Origin: Candidatus Saccharibacteria bacterium RIFCSPHIGHO2_12_FULL_47_16b
Lineage (GTDB): Bacteria > Patescibacteriota > Saccharimonadia > Saccharimonadales > UBA10212
Direction of reading: 5' to 3'
DNA length: 64,000 nucleotides
Assembly: GCA_001790525.1 (NCBI GenBank)
Contig: MGCU01000023.1
Span: 5,659 to 69,658 of the forward strand
The notes under the pieces were generated by a model. The model was not told the origin of the DNA. It saw nothing but the letters and a program-made list of their open reading frames with translations, and searched no databases. Made by a program: the position numbers and the translations under genes. Positions 28,547 to 36,184 of the stretch are shown piece after piece; within the stretch, counting starts at the first letter, position 1; the number at the start of each line of letters is the position of its first letter.

Positions 28547-28605
28547 GGTTCTAACGTTCACAATGCTCTAATCTGTGGTGCAGCGTAATAAACGATGCTA
28601 GAACC
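28547..28605 (-). repeat. Cassette-associated element B, 59 nt with 9-bp terminal inverted repeats (GGTTCTAAC ... GCTAGAACC)
   Basis: GGTTCTAACgttcacaatGCTCTAATCTGTGGTGCAGCGTAataaacgatGCTAGAACC. The termini are 8/9 reverse-complementary. Confidence 0.6.
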
Positions 28606-28627
28606 ATTTTAACCCAGCATCAGTCGT

Positions 28628-29260
28628 TTAGTCCGTGTAATAATCTTCGCCATAGACAATATCCGGCCTAATTTTACCTAACGCTACTGTATCGGGCAGA
28701 AGTTTCTCTAATTCATTCAGTGGTTCTTCTGATGGAAGTTCACCAACTAACGGATGAACATATCCTAGCGTAATATCTGGAGTATAGACACCATGAGGAA
28801 CTTCCACGCCAAGTTCTCTGGCAAGATTCTCTAAATACACTGCCCGTTCTGCATCAAGGATACTTTCTTCATCGTCTAGTATAACTCGAATTTTGTACTG
28901 ATTCTGATACCTCTGCCCATGAGGAACCTTAGTGTATTGAACAGCTTCAAGTGGAAATTCTAACCTCTCTTTTGCATTAACGGCCGGTGGGTTCATAACG
29001 CGAGATAGGGCGACTGATGGGGGGAGAAAAAGAAAATCTACATCGTCTAGCTCTGCCAAAATATCTCTCGTTTCATAGTGACTCACAAGCCCAAGAGTAG
29101 GGGCTATCGCTCTCTTACCGATTAATTTGTATTCAGGGTAGTTACTGTTAAATTTTAGGCGTTCGGTCTCTCCTAATACTCCTGCGATCTGCCTTCTCTG
29201 AACACGTAAACTATATATCAATTCACTTTGGTCCGGACTTGAGTGTTGCTCGCTCGTCAT
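28628..29260 (-). CDS. hypothetical protein, cassette gene 3
   Basis: 210-aa ORF. No recognisable motif. Preceded by element C. Confidence 0.45.
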   Translation of the reverse strand: MTSEQHSSPDQSELIYSLRVQRRQIAGVLGETERLKFNSNYPEYKLIGKRAIAPTLGLVSHYETRDILAELDDVDFLFLPPSVALSRVMNPPAVNAKERLEFPLEAVQYTKVPHGQRYQNQYKIRVILDDEESILDAERAVYLENLARELGVEVPHGVYTPDITLGYVHPLVGELPSEEPLNELEKLLPDTVALGKIRPDIVYGEDYYTD

Positions 29261-29273
29261 AGTTATTCTAATA

Positions 29274-29360
29274 GTTCTAACATACCGATTGCTCTAATCT
29301 GTGGTGCAGCGTAGTTGCCGACCTGTCCTCCGAGACCTTGGTGAAGGGGGAAGCTAGGAC
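29274..29360 (-). repeat. Cassette-associated element C (GTTCTAAC...GCTCTAATCTGTGGTGCAGCGTAGTTGCCGAC...GAAGCTAGGAC) with a 29-nt internal insertion
   Basis: Same core and termini as A and B. Contains the TAG stop of the 58-aa ORF. Confidence 0.55.
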
Positions 29361-29530
29361 AATCTTAAATCTGGGTCAGTTGGGCTAATTAACTCGTTAT
29401 GTTCATGGACTCTGATTTCGTAAGCCTTTCTGCCCTCAAGTGCAGTAGAGTACCAACTTGCAGCTTCGGGTTCTCCTGCCTCTATCCAATAGTCACGATT
29501 CGCAGCGGCATTACGCTTCGCGGTTTCCAT
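29354..29530 (-). CDS. possible small ORF (58 aa), cassette gene 4
   Basis: ATG at 29528-30 (METAKRNAAANRDYWIEAGEPEAASWY...) to TAG at 29354-56. The frame is open a further ~50 codons upstream with no ATG. Confidence 0.25.
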   Translation of the reverse strand: METAKRNAAANRDYWIEAGEPEAASWYSTALEGRKAYEIRVHEHNELISPTDPDLRLS

Positions 29531-29713
29531 GACATCTTGAGGAAACGTACCTGAAGCAACGATATTTACGATGTTTGCACTCCCTTGCCGAGCGATGGCA
29601 ATTGGGCTAAGAGGGTCTTCAGCTGGTGGTCTTACTGATTTAAATGCTTCTCTCGTATTTACTCCTAATGAATTACTATTTTATACTTTTACAGTAGAAA
29701 TGCAAATAAAAAA

Positions 29714-29750
29714 GTTCTAACGTCCCGAATGCTCTTATCTTATGATGGTC
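29714..29750 (-). repeat. Partial cassette element D (GTTCTAACGTCCCGAATGCTCTTATCTTATGATGG)
   Basis: Left arm and GCTCT(A/T)ATCT core conserved. The right arm is replaced by the CCCTCGACAAGCTCGGGGTT motif. Confidence 0.4.
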
Positions 29751-29829
29751 CCTCGACAAGCTCGGGGTTATTCGACTCGGCGTAAATGGTTTACTGCGAG
29801 CGAGGCAGGAGTATTTCTGCCGAGTTGAG

Positions 29830-29878
29830 TGGTGCTGGTCTTCGACGTGGCTCAGGCTAAAGGGGAGGGATTCTGACC
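29830..29878 (-). pseudogene. tRNA-Tyr 3'-end fragment (T-arm/acceptor copy interrupted by a 23-nt insert); att-like direct repeat
   Basis: TGGTGCTGG-[23 nt]-GGGGAGGGATTCTGACC compared with the tRNA-Tyr 3' end TGGTGCTGGGGGAGGGATTCGAACC at 30036-30060. 20 of 26 positions are identical. Confidence 0.5.
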
Positions 29879-29984
29879 TTGCCAGCAAATCAAATTTAGA
29901 TTTGCTAAGGCAACCCCGATTTGTCACAGCCCCAAGTCGGGGCTCTGGGCGGGGTATGCCACCGGCATACCCGTTCTCATCCCT

Positions 29985-30035
29985 CCACAAAAACAAGCGA
30001 CTTATTAATGAGCACAAGGCTCATTGCCAAGTCGC
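29985..30035 (-). terminator. Rho-independent terminator immediately after tRNA-Tyr
   Basis: The minus strand reads GCGACUUGGCAAUGAGCcuuguGCUCAUUAAUAAGUCGC followed by UUGUUUUUGU. Confidence 0.55.
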
Positions 30036-30122
30036 TGGTGCTGGGGGAGGGATTCGAACCCCCGAAGGCGTAAAGCCGTTTGATTTACAGTCAAATGCGT
30101 TTGGCCACTTCGCTACCCCAGC
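30036..30122 (-). tRNA. tRNA-Tyr (anticodon GUA), type II long variable arm
   Basis: Acceptor GCTGGGG/CCCCAGC, anticodon loop CTGTAAA, long variable arm, T-loop TTCGAAT, discriminator A, CCA encoded. Confidence 0.75.
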
Positions 30123-30124
30123 GC

Positions 30125-30201
30125 TGGAGCCGACGAGCGGATTCGAACCGCTGACATGCTGTTTACAAAACAGCTGCTCTGGCCAGCTGAGCTACGTCGG
30201 C
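30125..30201 (-). tRNA. tRNA-Thr (anticodon UGU)
   Basis: Acceptor GCCGACG/CGTCGGC, anticodon stem GCTGT/ACAGC with loop TTTGTAA, T-loop TTCGAAT, CCA encoded. 2 nt from tRNA-Tyr. Confidence 0.75.
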
Positions 30202-30232
30202 ATTAACCACAAAGAGTTTAACAAAACAGGGG

Positions 30233-30883
30233 TCAGATTACAACTCGGCGGGGGCGGACTAGTCTTTTGGGTTGGCTGGCCGCCGCTAGGCGGTTTAGTT
30301 TTTTACGTACCCTGGCGGTTTCGTCCTTCATCCCTCGCTCTTCATAGGCGTTTAACAGCAGGTTGTAACTTTCGGCGGTCGGTTCTATTCTAGCCGCAAC
30401 TTCTAGTTCATGCATCATATGTTTATCATTACCTAGCTTTTCCTGAACTTTGGCATAAGCAATATGCCGAGCCGCCAAATTATCTTCGAGTCTTAAGGCT
30501 TGCTCAAAAGCGGTAGCGGCCTTAGGGTAATTTTCCGTCTCGTAGTAAATCAGTCCTAGATTGTGCAAACTTGAGGCGCTTGGCTCGATAGAGCTAGCTA
30601 TCTCAAAACAATCAATGGCGTCGCGGTATTCGCGTTGCTTGGCGTAAAGGATGCCGAGCCGGTTGTAGGCGGCAGCATTTTTTTCATCTATTTTTAAGAT
30701 TGTCAGCAAGGCTTTTTCAGCCCGCAATAGGCGATTTTCACGCATACCATAATGGGCAATTTCCCATAATTTGCTTAATCGATTACCGATGAAGCGTGGC
30801 ACTTCCGTTAAGGTGGTTATCGATTTGGCGCCGTGATAATAAACAAGATAGGCAAAAATCAAAAATAAAAGGACTGAATACAT
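30233..30883 (-). CDS. TPR-repeat protein with N-terminal membrane anchor
   Basis: N-terminal hydrophobic helix followed by several 34-aa TPR-like repeats (AAYNRLGILYAKQREYRDAIDCFEIA...). Confidence 0.6.
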   Translation of the reverse strand: MYSVLLFLIFAYLVYYHGAKSITTLTEVPRFIGNRLSKLWEIAHYGMRENRLLRAEKALLTILKIDEKNAAAYNRLGILYAKQREYRDAIDCFEIASSIEPSASSLHNLGLIYYETENYPKAATAFEQALRLEDNLAARHIAYAKVQEKLGNDKHMMHELEVAARIEPTAESYNLLLNAYEERGMKDETARVRKKLNRLAAASQPKRLVRPRRVVI

Positions 30884-31034
30884 CAGGCGCTCGCTACTCT
30901 CGCTTCAATTTACAATTTACAATTTTCAATGAAACATCAATGGAGTAATGATTCATAGAATTGGCACATTGATTACTTGAGCATTCATTGAGTCTTGACC
31001 ATAGGGCATTGAGCATTGATAAGATTATAACAGT
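30884..31034 (-). repeat. Family-2 intergenic module (CAATTTACAATTTACAATTTTCAATG / CATTGAGCATTGATAAG)
   Basis: Tandem TTTACAAT and CATTGA(G) repeats between the holB stop and the TPR gene start. Confidence 0.5.
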
Positions 31035-31937
31035 TCAGACCTTTAGATTAAGGCAGAGCGACAGATAGATAGCCCTGGTGTTGCTGTTATTTTCTAATGA
31101 TAGCTTTAAATTCTGAATTAGTTTTAGCGAACTAATGAACTTTTTATGCAGATCAGCGCTCGGCTTAGATGAAGGCTGACTGATCGTTAGACTTTGCAAG
31201 GCGTGCAAAACCAGACCGAGAGCATCTAAAAATAATGATAGGCTTTCCCTATCCGTTGATACTGATGAGCTATCCAGAAGACGTTCGTACTTTGACTGGC
31301 TGATAAATTGTTTAGCCAATCTTACGGCTTGCCTTAACTCGTGATCTTCCTCGTTTAACAGCAGAGTCTGCATTAAACCCGGGCGGCCACCGCTAATCTG
31401 CCAAGCATTGGTAATCTCTATTTTTGGAAATTGCTTTGCAAAAAACTTTTGGCTATCGGCTAAACTAACAGGCAGCAACTCTATTAATCTGGCTCGAGAC
31501 ACGACCGTCCCTGTTAAATTTGATGAACTGTCAACAGTCAGGATAAAAACTGTATCAACTGGCGGTTCTTCGAGGGTTTTAAGAAAGGCATTTTGGGCCT
31601 CCTCGCTCATATGTTGGGCGTTTTCGACCACCACCAGTCTTCTAATTTCGCCTTTGCCGGTGGTGTGTAGTTTGAGTTTAGAAATTACGTCCCGGATTGC
31701 ATCAATCGAAATATCTTTCTTATCTTTTTGTCGCTTAATGTGAATAAAGTACGGATAACTAAATAAAGCTTTATAGTCTAATAAGCCAAGCAGTTGGCAG
31801 CCTATAAACTGACTAACTTGAAATTTACCGATTCCGCTTGGACCGGCCAATAATAAAAAGTGTCTGGGTTTTCTGATAAATAGTTCGATTTGCGACGCAG
31901 CTGCTGGATTAAGCAAGAGTTTTAGATTCGACTTCAC
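31035..31937 (-). CDS. holB: DNA polymerase III delta' subunit-like AAA+ protein
   Basis: Degenerate Walker A (LLLAGPSGIGKF), Walker B VVVENA, and clamp-loader size. Confidence 0.65.
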   Translation of the reverse strand: MKSNLKLLLNPAAASQIELFIRKPRHFLLLAGPSGIGKFQVSQFIGCQLLGLLDYKALFSYPYFIHIKRQKDKKDISIDAIRDVISKLKLHTTGKGEIRRLVVVENAQHMSEEAQNAFLKTLEEPPVDTVFILTVDSSSNLTGTVVSRARLIELLPVSLADSQKFFAKQFPKIEITNAWQISGGRPGLMQTLLLNEEDHELRQAVRLAKQFISQSKYERLLDSSSVSTDRESLSLFLDALGLVLHALQSLTISQPSSKPSADLHKKFISSLKLIQNLKLSLENNSNTRAIYLSLCLNLKV

Positions 31938-32806
31938 TAAACAAACTCCTTAAATTTTGCCGACAGCGGCGCTTCAAATTTTTTAAGTACGCCATTCGGT
32001 AGTTTAATCTCAAGATTTTTAGCGTGTAACCGCATTTGACCCCCGGCTTTACCATAGACTGAATCTCCCACTATCGAGTGGCCGATGAATGAGCAATGGA
32101 CTCGTAGTTGGTGCGTGCGGCCAGTTTCTGGACTTAGCTCCACCAAAGAATAAATCTTATCATTTATATTCATCGATTTAATTAAGCGGTATTTGGTTTG
32201 AGCAGTTTTACCCAGTGAACTGACTTTAAAAGTCTGCGGCTTTTTAGGATTACGGGCAATTGGCGCATCGATTATAGCTGTCGGTTCCTTTGGCTTACCT
32301 TCTAAAACCGCCAGGTAGGTTTTTTTAACTTTACGGTTAGCAAATTGTTTTTGCAGCCACTGCCGAACTGATTCATTCTTGGCAGCAATAATTACGCCGC
32401 TGGTTTCTCGATCAAGCCGGTGAACGATGCCGGCGCGATTACTAGATGGTTTATCAGTTAGTTTCGGCCTAATGAAACTAGCCACAGTCGCTTCAGTGTT
32501 AATGGCGCCCTTGGAATGCGTCAAGATACCACTCGGTTTATCTATTACTATTACGTCTTTATCTTCATAAATAATCGGCAGCTCTATTTTTGGCGGCCGT
32601 TTGGTTAATGCTGATTTATCGATAGATATTGTCTGGCCGGGTCTTAATTTGTGACCCGGTTTAGCCGGTTTGCCATTGATGTTTACTAGGCCTTGCATGA
32701 ATAGTAGCTTAAGCGATGAACGGCTAAATTTAGGGTTGTGACTAGCTACAAACACATCAGCCCTGACACCGGAATATTTATCTGTTACAGTCAATTTTTG
32801 CATCAA
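31937..32806 (-). CDS. rluD: RluA-family 23S rRNA pseudouridine synthase (RluD-like, S4 domain)
   Basis: Catalytic HRLDRETSGVIIAAK motif and N-terminal S4-like segment. Confidence 0.8.
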   Translation of the reverse strand: MMQKLTVTDKYSGVRADVFVASHNPKFSRSSLKLLFMQGLVNINGKPAKPGHKLRPGQTISIDKSALTKRPPKIELPIIYEDKDVIVIDKPSGILTHSKGAINTEATVASFIRPKLTDKPSSNRAGIVHRLDRETSGVIIAAKNESVRQWLQKQFANRKVKKTYLAVLEGKPKEPTAIIDAPIARNPKKPQTFKVSSLGKTAQTKYRLIKSMNINDKIYSLVELSPETGRTHQLRVHCSFIGHSIVGDSVYGKAGGQMRLHAKNLEIKLPNGVLKKFEAPLSAKFKEFV

Positions 32807-32817
32807 CTTTGATGGGT

Positions 32818-33897
32818 TCAGAGCGGCCGAAGACCAACTGCTTTCTGAACCTTTAGGAGTGTGGCCTCGGCAACTTGGCGCATAGCCAATTCGTCAGCCT
32901 CTAGTTTTTGCATTAACTCTCGATCATCAACAGCTTTGAGTTTAGCATGAAGGTTTGACAGAAAAGCACTGACGTTTTTAGCGACTAGTTGCTTGAAATC
33001 TTCGTAGTTCATCTCGCTGACGTTGGCTTCGGAGCCAGGGCTCAGTAGTTTCAAGATTTGTAGCAGATTAGCGATACCCGGCCGCGACTCAAAATCGGGG
33101 CTACCAACCTTAGCTTGGTTGTCAGTCGTGGCTGTCATTATTTTCTTAGCCGCTTCTTCGGGCTTATCGCTGAGCATGATAGTACCAGCTGGGTCATCAA
33201 TGCTTTTGCTCATTTTCCTGTCCGGATTACGCAGACTGCGGATACGTACAGGCTCCTGTGTACCAACAAATTTAGCCTGTTCTTTAATGGTTGCCGGTAA
33301 CACAAACATCTCGCCAAAGCGCTTGTTAAAGCGCTCGGCTAGATCACGAGTAAACTCCAGATGCTGACGCTGATCTTCGCCGACAGGGACGTATTTGGCA
33401 CCATAAAGAAGAATATCGGCTGCCATCAACACCGGGTAATTGAAAAGGCCGACATTGGCCGTACCGCCAGCCAGCATCATTTCTTTAACCCGCTCGATGT
33501 CGCTAGTAATCTGTTCGGCGTCATTGCCGGCTTTAGCGGCTTTATCTTTAAACTGTGTCATCCGGTTAAGCTCACCCAGATAGGTGAAGCAGTCCAATAT
33601 CCAAGTCAGCTCGGAATGAGCCGGTATATAGCTTTGGCGGTAAATAAACGTATCAGGCTGGTCGATATCTAGTCCGGCAGCAACGAAAACTTTCAGATTT
33701 TGGTGGGTTTGGTCGTAGAGCGTACCATGATCGATTGGTGTGGTAAAGCTATGTAAATCCGGAATAAACATATTCAGCTGATACTCGCCCGCATGTTTCT
33801 GTTGGAGTTTTACCATAGGCAAGATAGCACCGAGGTAATTGCCTAGGTGAAACTCATCATTGGACCTAAGCCCAGTTAAAATAACCTCTTTGTTCAT
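32818..33897 (-). CDS. trpS: tryptophanyl-tRNA synthetase
   Basis: Class Ic: HLGNYLGAI (HIGH-like) and KMSKS (RKMSKSIDD). Confidence 0.85.
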   Translation of the reverse strand: MNKEVILTGLRSNDEFHLGNYLGAILPMVKLQQKHAGEYQLNMFIPDLHSFTTPIDHGTLYDQTHQNLKVFVAAGLDIDQPDTFIYRQSYIPAHSELTWILDCFTYLGELNRMTQFKDKAAKAGNDAEQITSDIERVKEMMLAGGTANVGLFNYPVLMAADILLYGAKYVPVGEDQRQHLEFTRDLAERFNKRFGEMFVLPATIKEQAKFVGTQEPVRIRSLRNPDRKMSKSIDDPAGTIMLSDKPEEAAKKIMTATTDNQAKVGSPDFESRPGIANLLQILKLLSPGSEANVSEMNYEDFKQLVAKNVSAFLSNLHAKLKAVDDRELMQKLEADELAMRQVAEATLLKVQKAVGLRPL

Positions 33898-33906
33898 TGT
33901 GTCTAA

Positions 33907-34176
33907 TTATATCGTATCCTGTTGTCTAGCATCTAAATCCTTCAGGAAGGCCAGAATTTCTTCAGGCGAACGAGCATCATCAGTGATTTCAACACCCATA
34001 TGCTTCAACTCTGATAAAGCCTGATCGCGAGCCTCTATCCTTGCAAGCATGGACTGAGTGATCATTGCTTCATCCTCAGTCGCAATACCTACCGCTAGCC
34101 TCACCGCATAGTAACCAGGCATACCGGATAGCACAGTCCTTTCGACGGGCTGATCTTCGCTATTACTTGAATTCAT
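33907..34176 (-). CDS. hypothetical protein
   Basis: 89-aa ORF 9 nt upstream of trpS. No motif. Confidence 0.4.
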   Translation of the reverse strand: MNSSNSEDQPVERTVLSGMPGYYAVRLAVGIATEDEAMITQSMLARIEARDQALSELKHMGVEITDDARSPEEILAFLKDLDARQQDTI

Positions 34177-34198
34177 ATTCCTACCTTTCTTTAAAATT

Positions 34199-34226
34199 AA
34201 AAAAACCGCCTGGTGGCGGTTTTCTG
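34199..34226. terminator. Hairpin terminator (AAAAAACCGCC-TGGT-GGCGGTTTTCT), strongest on the minus strand
   Basis: GC stem CCGCC/GGCGG flanked by an A-run and a T-run. Lies downstream of the minus-strand ORF 34301-34537. Confidence 0.5.
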
Positions 34227-34300
34227 TGTACTTTGGTTAATATTTTGAGTAACTTTAGCAATACCGCCACGTCATGGTGTGAGTCCAGTAATAAAATCTG

Positions 34301-34537
34301 TTAAACTTGTGACTCATTTTTCACTTTCACTGCTTCGAAATCGACATATGCTCCGTTGAGCTTAACTGCACCTTCGCCTGCAGCTAAGACTCCTGGCGGT
34401 AGATCACCTATATCTCTGTATCTAACCAGAACTTCTATCATGCGGTCGCCTAAAGGATCCGGCCAAGGCCAGGCTAATCTCCGGTCGCTGTACCCCTTTG
34501 TTATGGGAGCGTTTTCAAATACATTTTGTCCTCTCAT
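34301..34537 (-). CDS. hypothetical small protein (78 aa) bracketed by two terminators
   Basis: AAGGA SD 7 nt upstream of the ATG. No homology recognised. Confidence 0.35.
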   Translation of the reverse strand: MRGQNVFENAPITKGYSDRRLAWPWPDPLGDRMIEVLVRYRDIGDLPPGVLAAGEGAVKLNGAYVDFEAVKVKNESQV

Positions 34538-34552
34538 TTGTTATCCTTTTCT

Positions 34553-34580
34553 AAATTAAAAAACCCGCCTTTTGGGCGGT
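34553..34580 (-). terminator. Rho-independent terminator ending the rplM-rpsI transcription unit
   Basis: The minus strand reads CCGCCCAAAAGGCGGG followed by UUUUUUAAUUU. Confidence 0.55.
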
Positions 34581-34721
34581 TAGTTCTTGATTAATTTTAT
34601 GTTAATTATGCACGCATAGAAGAAACCGCCACTTGGTGGGTAATAAACCAGTAGAGATTCATAATTCGCATAACCATGCGCCTAAATTAGCAACATTTTA
34701 CAGCAAATGCAAGCATAAACA

Positions 34722-35123
34722 TTACCGTTTGGAGTATTGTTGCTTTTTGCGAGCTCCTCTTAGGCCGTATTTTTTGCGTTCTTTCTCGCGCGGATCACGA
34801 CCTAGTAAAGCTGATTTTTTCAAACTGCCGTGGAAATCGGGATTCATCTCGACCAGTGCTTTAGCGATGCCTAATCGAATGGCACCGGTTTGACTGGGAT
34901 GACCGCCACCATTGACCCTGACATTAACATCGTACTTTTCTGGGTCTAATTCCAAAGTGTGGAAGGGTTTTAAGGCTTGGTGCTGTAAGTATTTACTATC
35001 GGCGAAGTATTCCTTCCAGCCCTTATTATTGACGGTAAATAAGCCTTTGCCGTTAGATAATCTGACGCGGGCGGTCGAACTTTTGCGTCTACCAAGGCCG
35101 TAAAAGTAACTGGCTACCATCAC
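34722..35123 (-). CDS. rpsI: 30S ribosomal protein S9
   Basis: C-terminal GGGHPSQTGAIRLGIAKAL and ...KKYGLRGARKKQQYSKR. Confidence 0.9.
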   Translation of the reverse strand: MMVASYFYGLGRRKSSTARVRLSNGKGLFTVNNKGWKEYFADSKYLQHQALKPFHTLELDPEKYDVNVRVNGGGHPSQTGAIRLGIAKALVEMNPDFHGSLKKSALLGRDPREKERKKYGLRGARKKQQYSKR

Positions 35124-35560
35124 TTAACCTCTTTATTAAAGTAATCGATGGGTTTTTGACCGCTGTGATTATGCTCGCTACCGGCATAAACCTTTAATCG
35201 CTTCAGACGAGCCGGGCGCAGCTTATTAACAGGTAACATGCCACGGACCGATCTCATGATTACTTTTGTCGGATTACGCTTTGTTTGATCGGCTAAGCTA
35301 CGTTTATAAAGTCCGCCAGGGTAACCGCTATGACGATAAAAAATTTTATCGCGCATTTTATTACCAGTAATCTTAAGCTTTGAGGCGTTGATGACAATTA
35401 CATAGTCACCGCTATCTACGTGCGGTGTTTGAGTGGTTTTATCTTTACCGATTAATAATCGGGCAGCCACCGTGGATAATCGTCCAAGCGGCAGCTTGGT
35501 GGCATCCAGGAGATACCACTTACGTGTAACATCCTTTGCTTTAGCAGCATACGTTTTCAT
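35120..35560 (-). CDS. rplM: 50S ribosomal protein L13
   Basis: L13 family. Overlaps rpsI by 4 nt. Confidence 0.9.
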   Translation of the reverse strand: MKTYAAKAKDVTRKWYLLDATKLPLGRLSTVAARLLIGKDKTTQTPHVDSGDYVIVINASKLKITGNKMRDKIFYRHSGYPGGLYKRSLADQTKRNPTKVIMRSVRGMLPVNKLRPARLKRLKVYAGSEHNHSGQKPIDYFNKEVK

Positions 35561-36027
35561 GAACGGACCTTAGCCTTGGCTTTAGTTGGCGTCTTGGCTT
35601 TTTTAGCAGTTATGTCAGCGGCTTTCTCAGCTTTTGACTTGCCGGGTGAAGCTGTCTGTTCTTGTTTGGCCGGCTTGATTTTTCTTAAGTCATCGACAAA
35701 TTTGACCTCTGCAAGTTGGGTAGCGTCGCCTCGACGTAAAGCGCTTTTACTAATACGGAAATAACCACTATTTCGAGCGGTCAACTTTGGCGTTAACTCC
35801 TCAACCAGTTTATGGGCGGCTTCTTTGCTAGCCAGAGCTTGGATAACCTGACGCCGGCTAGCTAAGTTGGTCGTTTTAGCTTTGGTGATTAGTTTTTCGG
35901 TATAGCTAACCACGGCTTTGGCTTTTGGCAAACTGGTCTTTAACGATTCGTTTAATATTAAGGAGTCAGCTAAAGACTTTATCAGGGCTCGTCGTTGGTC
36001 ACGTTGACGGTGAAACTTCACATACAC
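35557..36027 (-). CDS. rplQ: 50S ribosomal protein L17 with Lys/Ala-rich C-terminal tail
   Basis: L17 core plus tail KPAKQEQTASPGKSKAEKAADITAKKAKTPTKAKAKVRS. Confidence 0.85.
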   Translation of the reverse strand: MYVKFHRQRDQRRALIKSLADSLILNESLKTSLPKAKAVVSYTEKLITKAKTTNLASRRQVIQALASKEAAHKLVEELTPKLTARNSGYFRISKSALRRGDATQLAEVKFVDDLRKIKPAKQEQTASPGKSKAEKAADITAKKAKTPTKAKAKVRS

Positions 36028-36184
36028 CTCCGGTGCTCGGTTTTCAGTTTACCGTTTACAGTCTTCAGTAAGTTGACAGTTTTCAATTTACAGTTATTCA
36101 GTGTTGCTACATTGATCATTGATAACTGATTGTTCATTGTGAATTGTGAATTGTAAATTGTAAATTGGAATGACGCAGTCATGA
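36028..36184 (-). repeat. Family-2 intergenic module between rpoA and rplQ
   Basis: GAATGACGCAGTCATGACTAG palindrome spanning the rpoA stop. (GAATTGT)/(AAATTGT) and CATTGA tandems. CACCTCCGGTGCTC SD hairpin next to the rplQ start. Confidence 0.6.

Noticed and set aside
28547-28605. Calling the cassette elements bona fide integron attC sites
   Set aside because: Neither end matches the attC core consensus exactly (left RYYYAAC 6/7, right GTTRRRY 5/7), and no intI/attI is visible in the window. Retained only as an attC/MITE-like hypothesis.
29676-30017. Minus-strand 113-aa ORF 29676-30017
   Set aside because: Runs through the tRNA-Tyr terminator, the hairpin series and the tRNA-fragment repeat. 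The 'protein' is low-complexity. More likely structured non-coding DNA.
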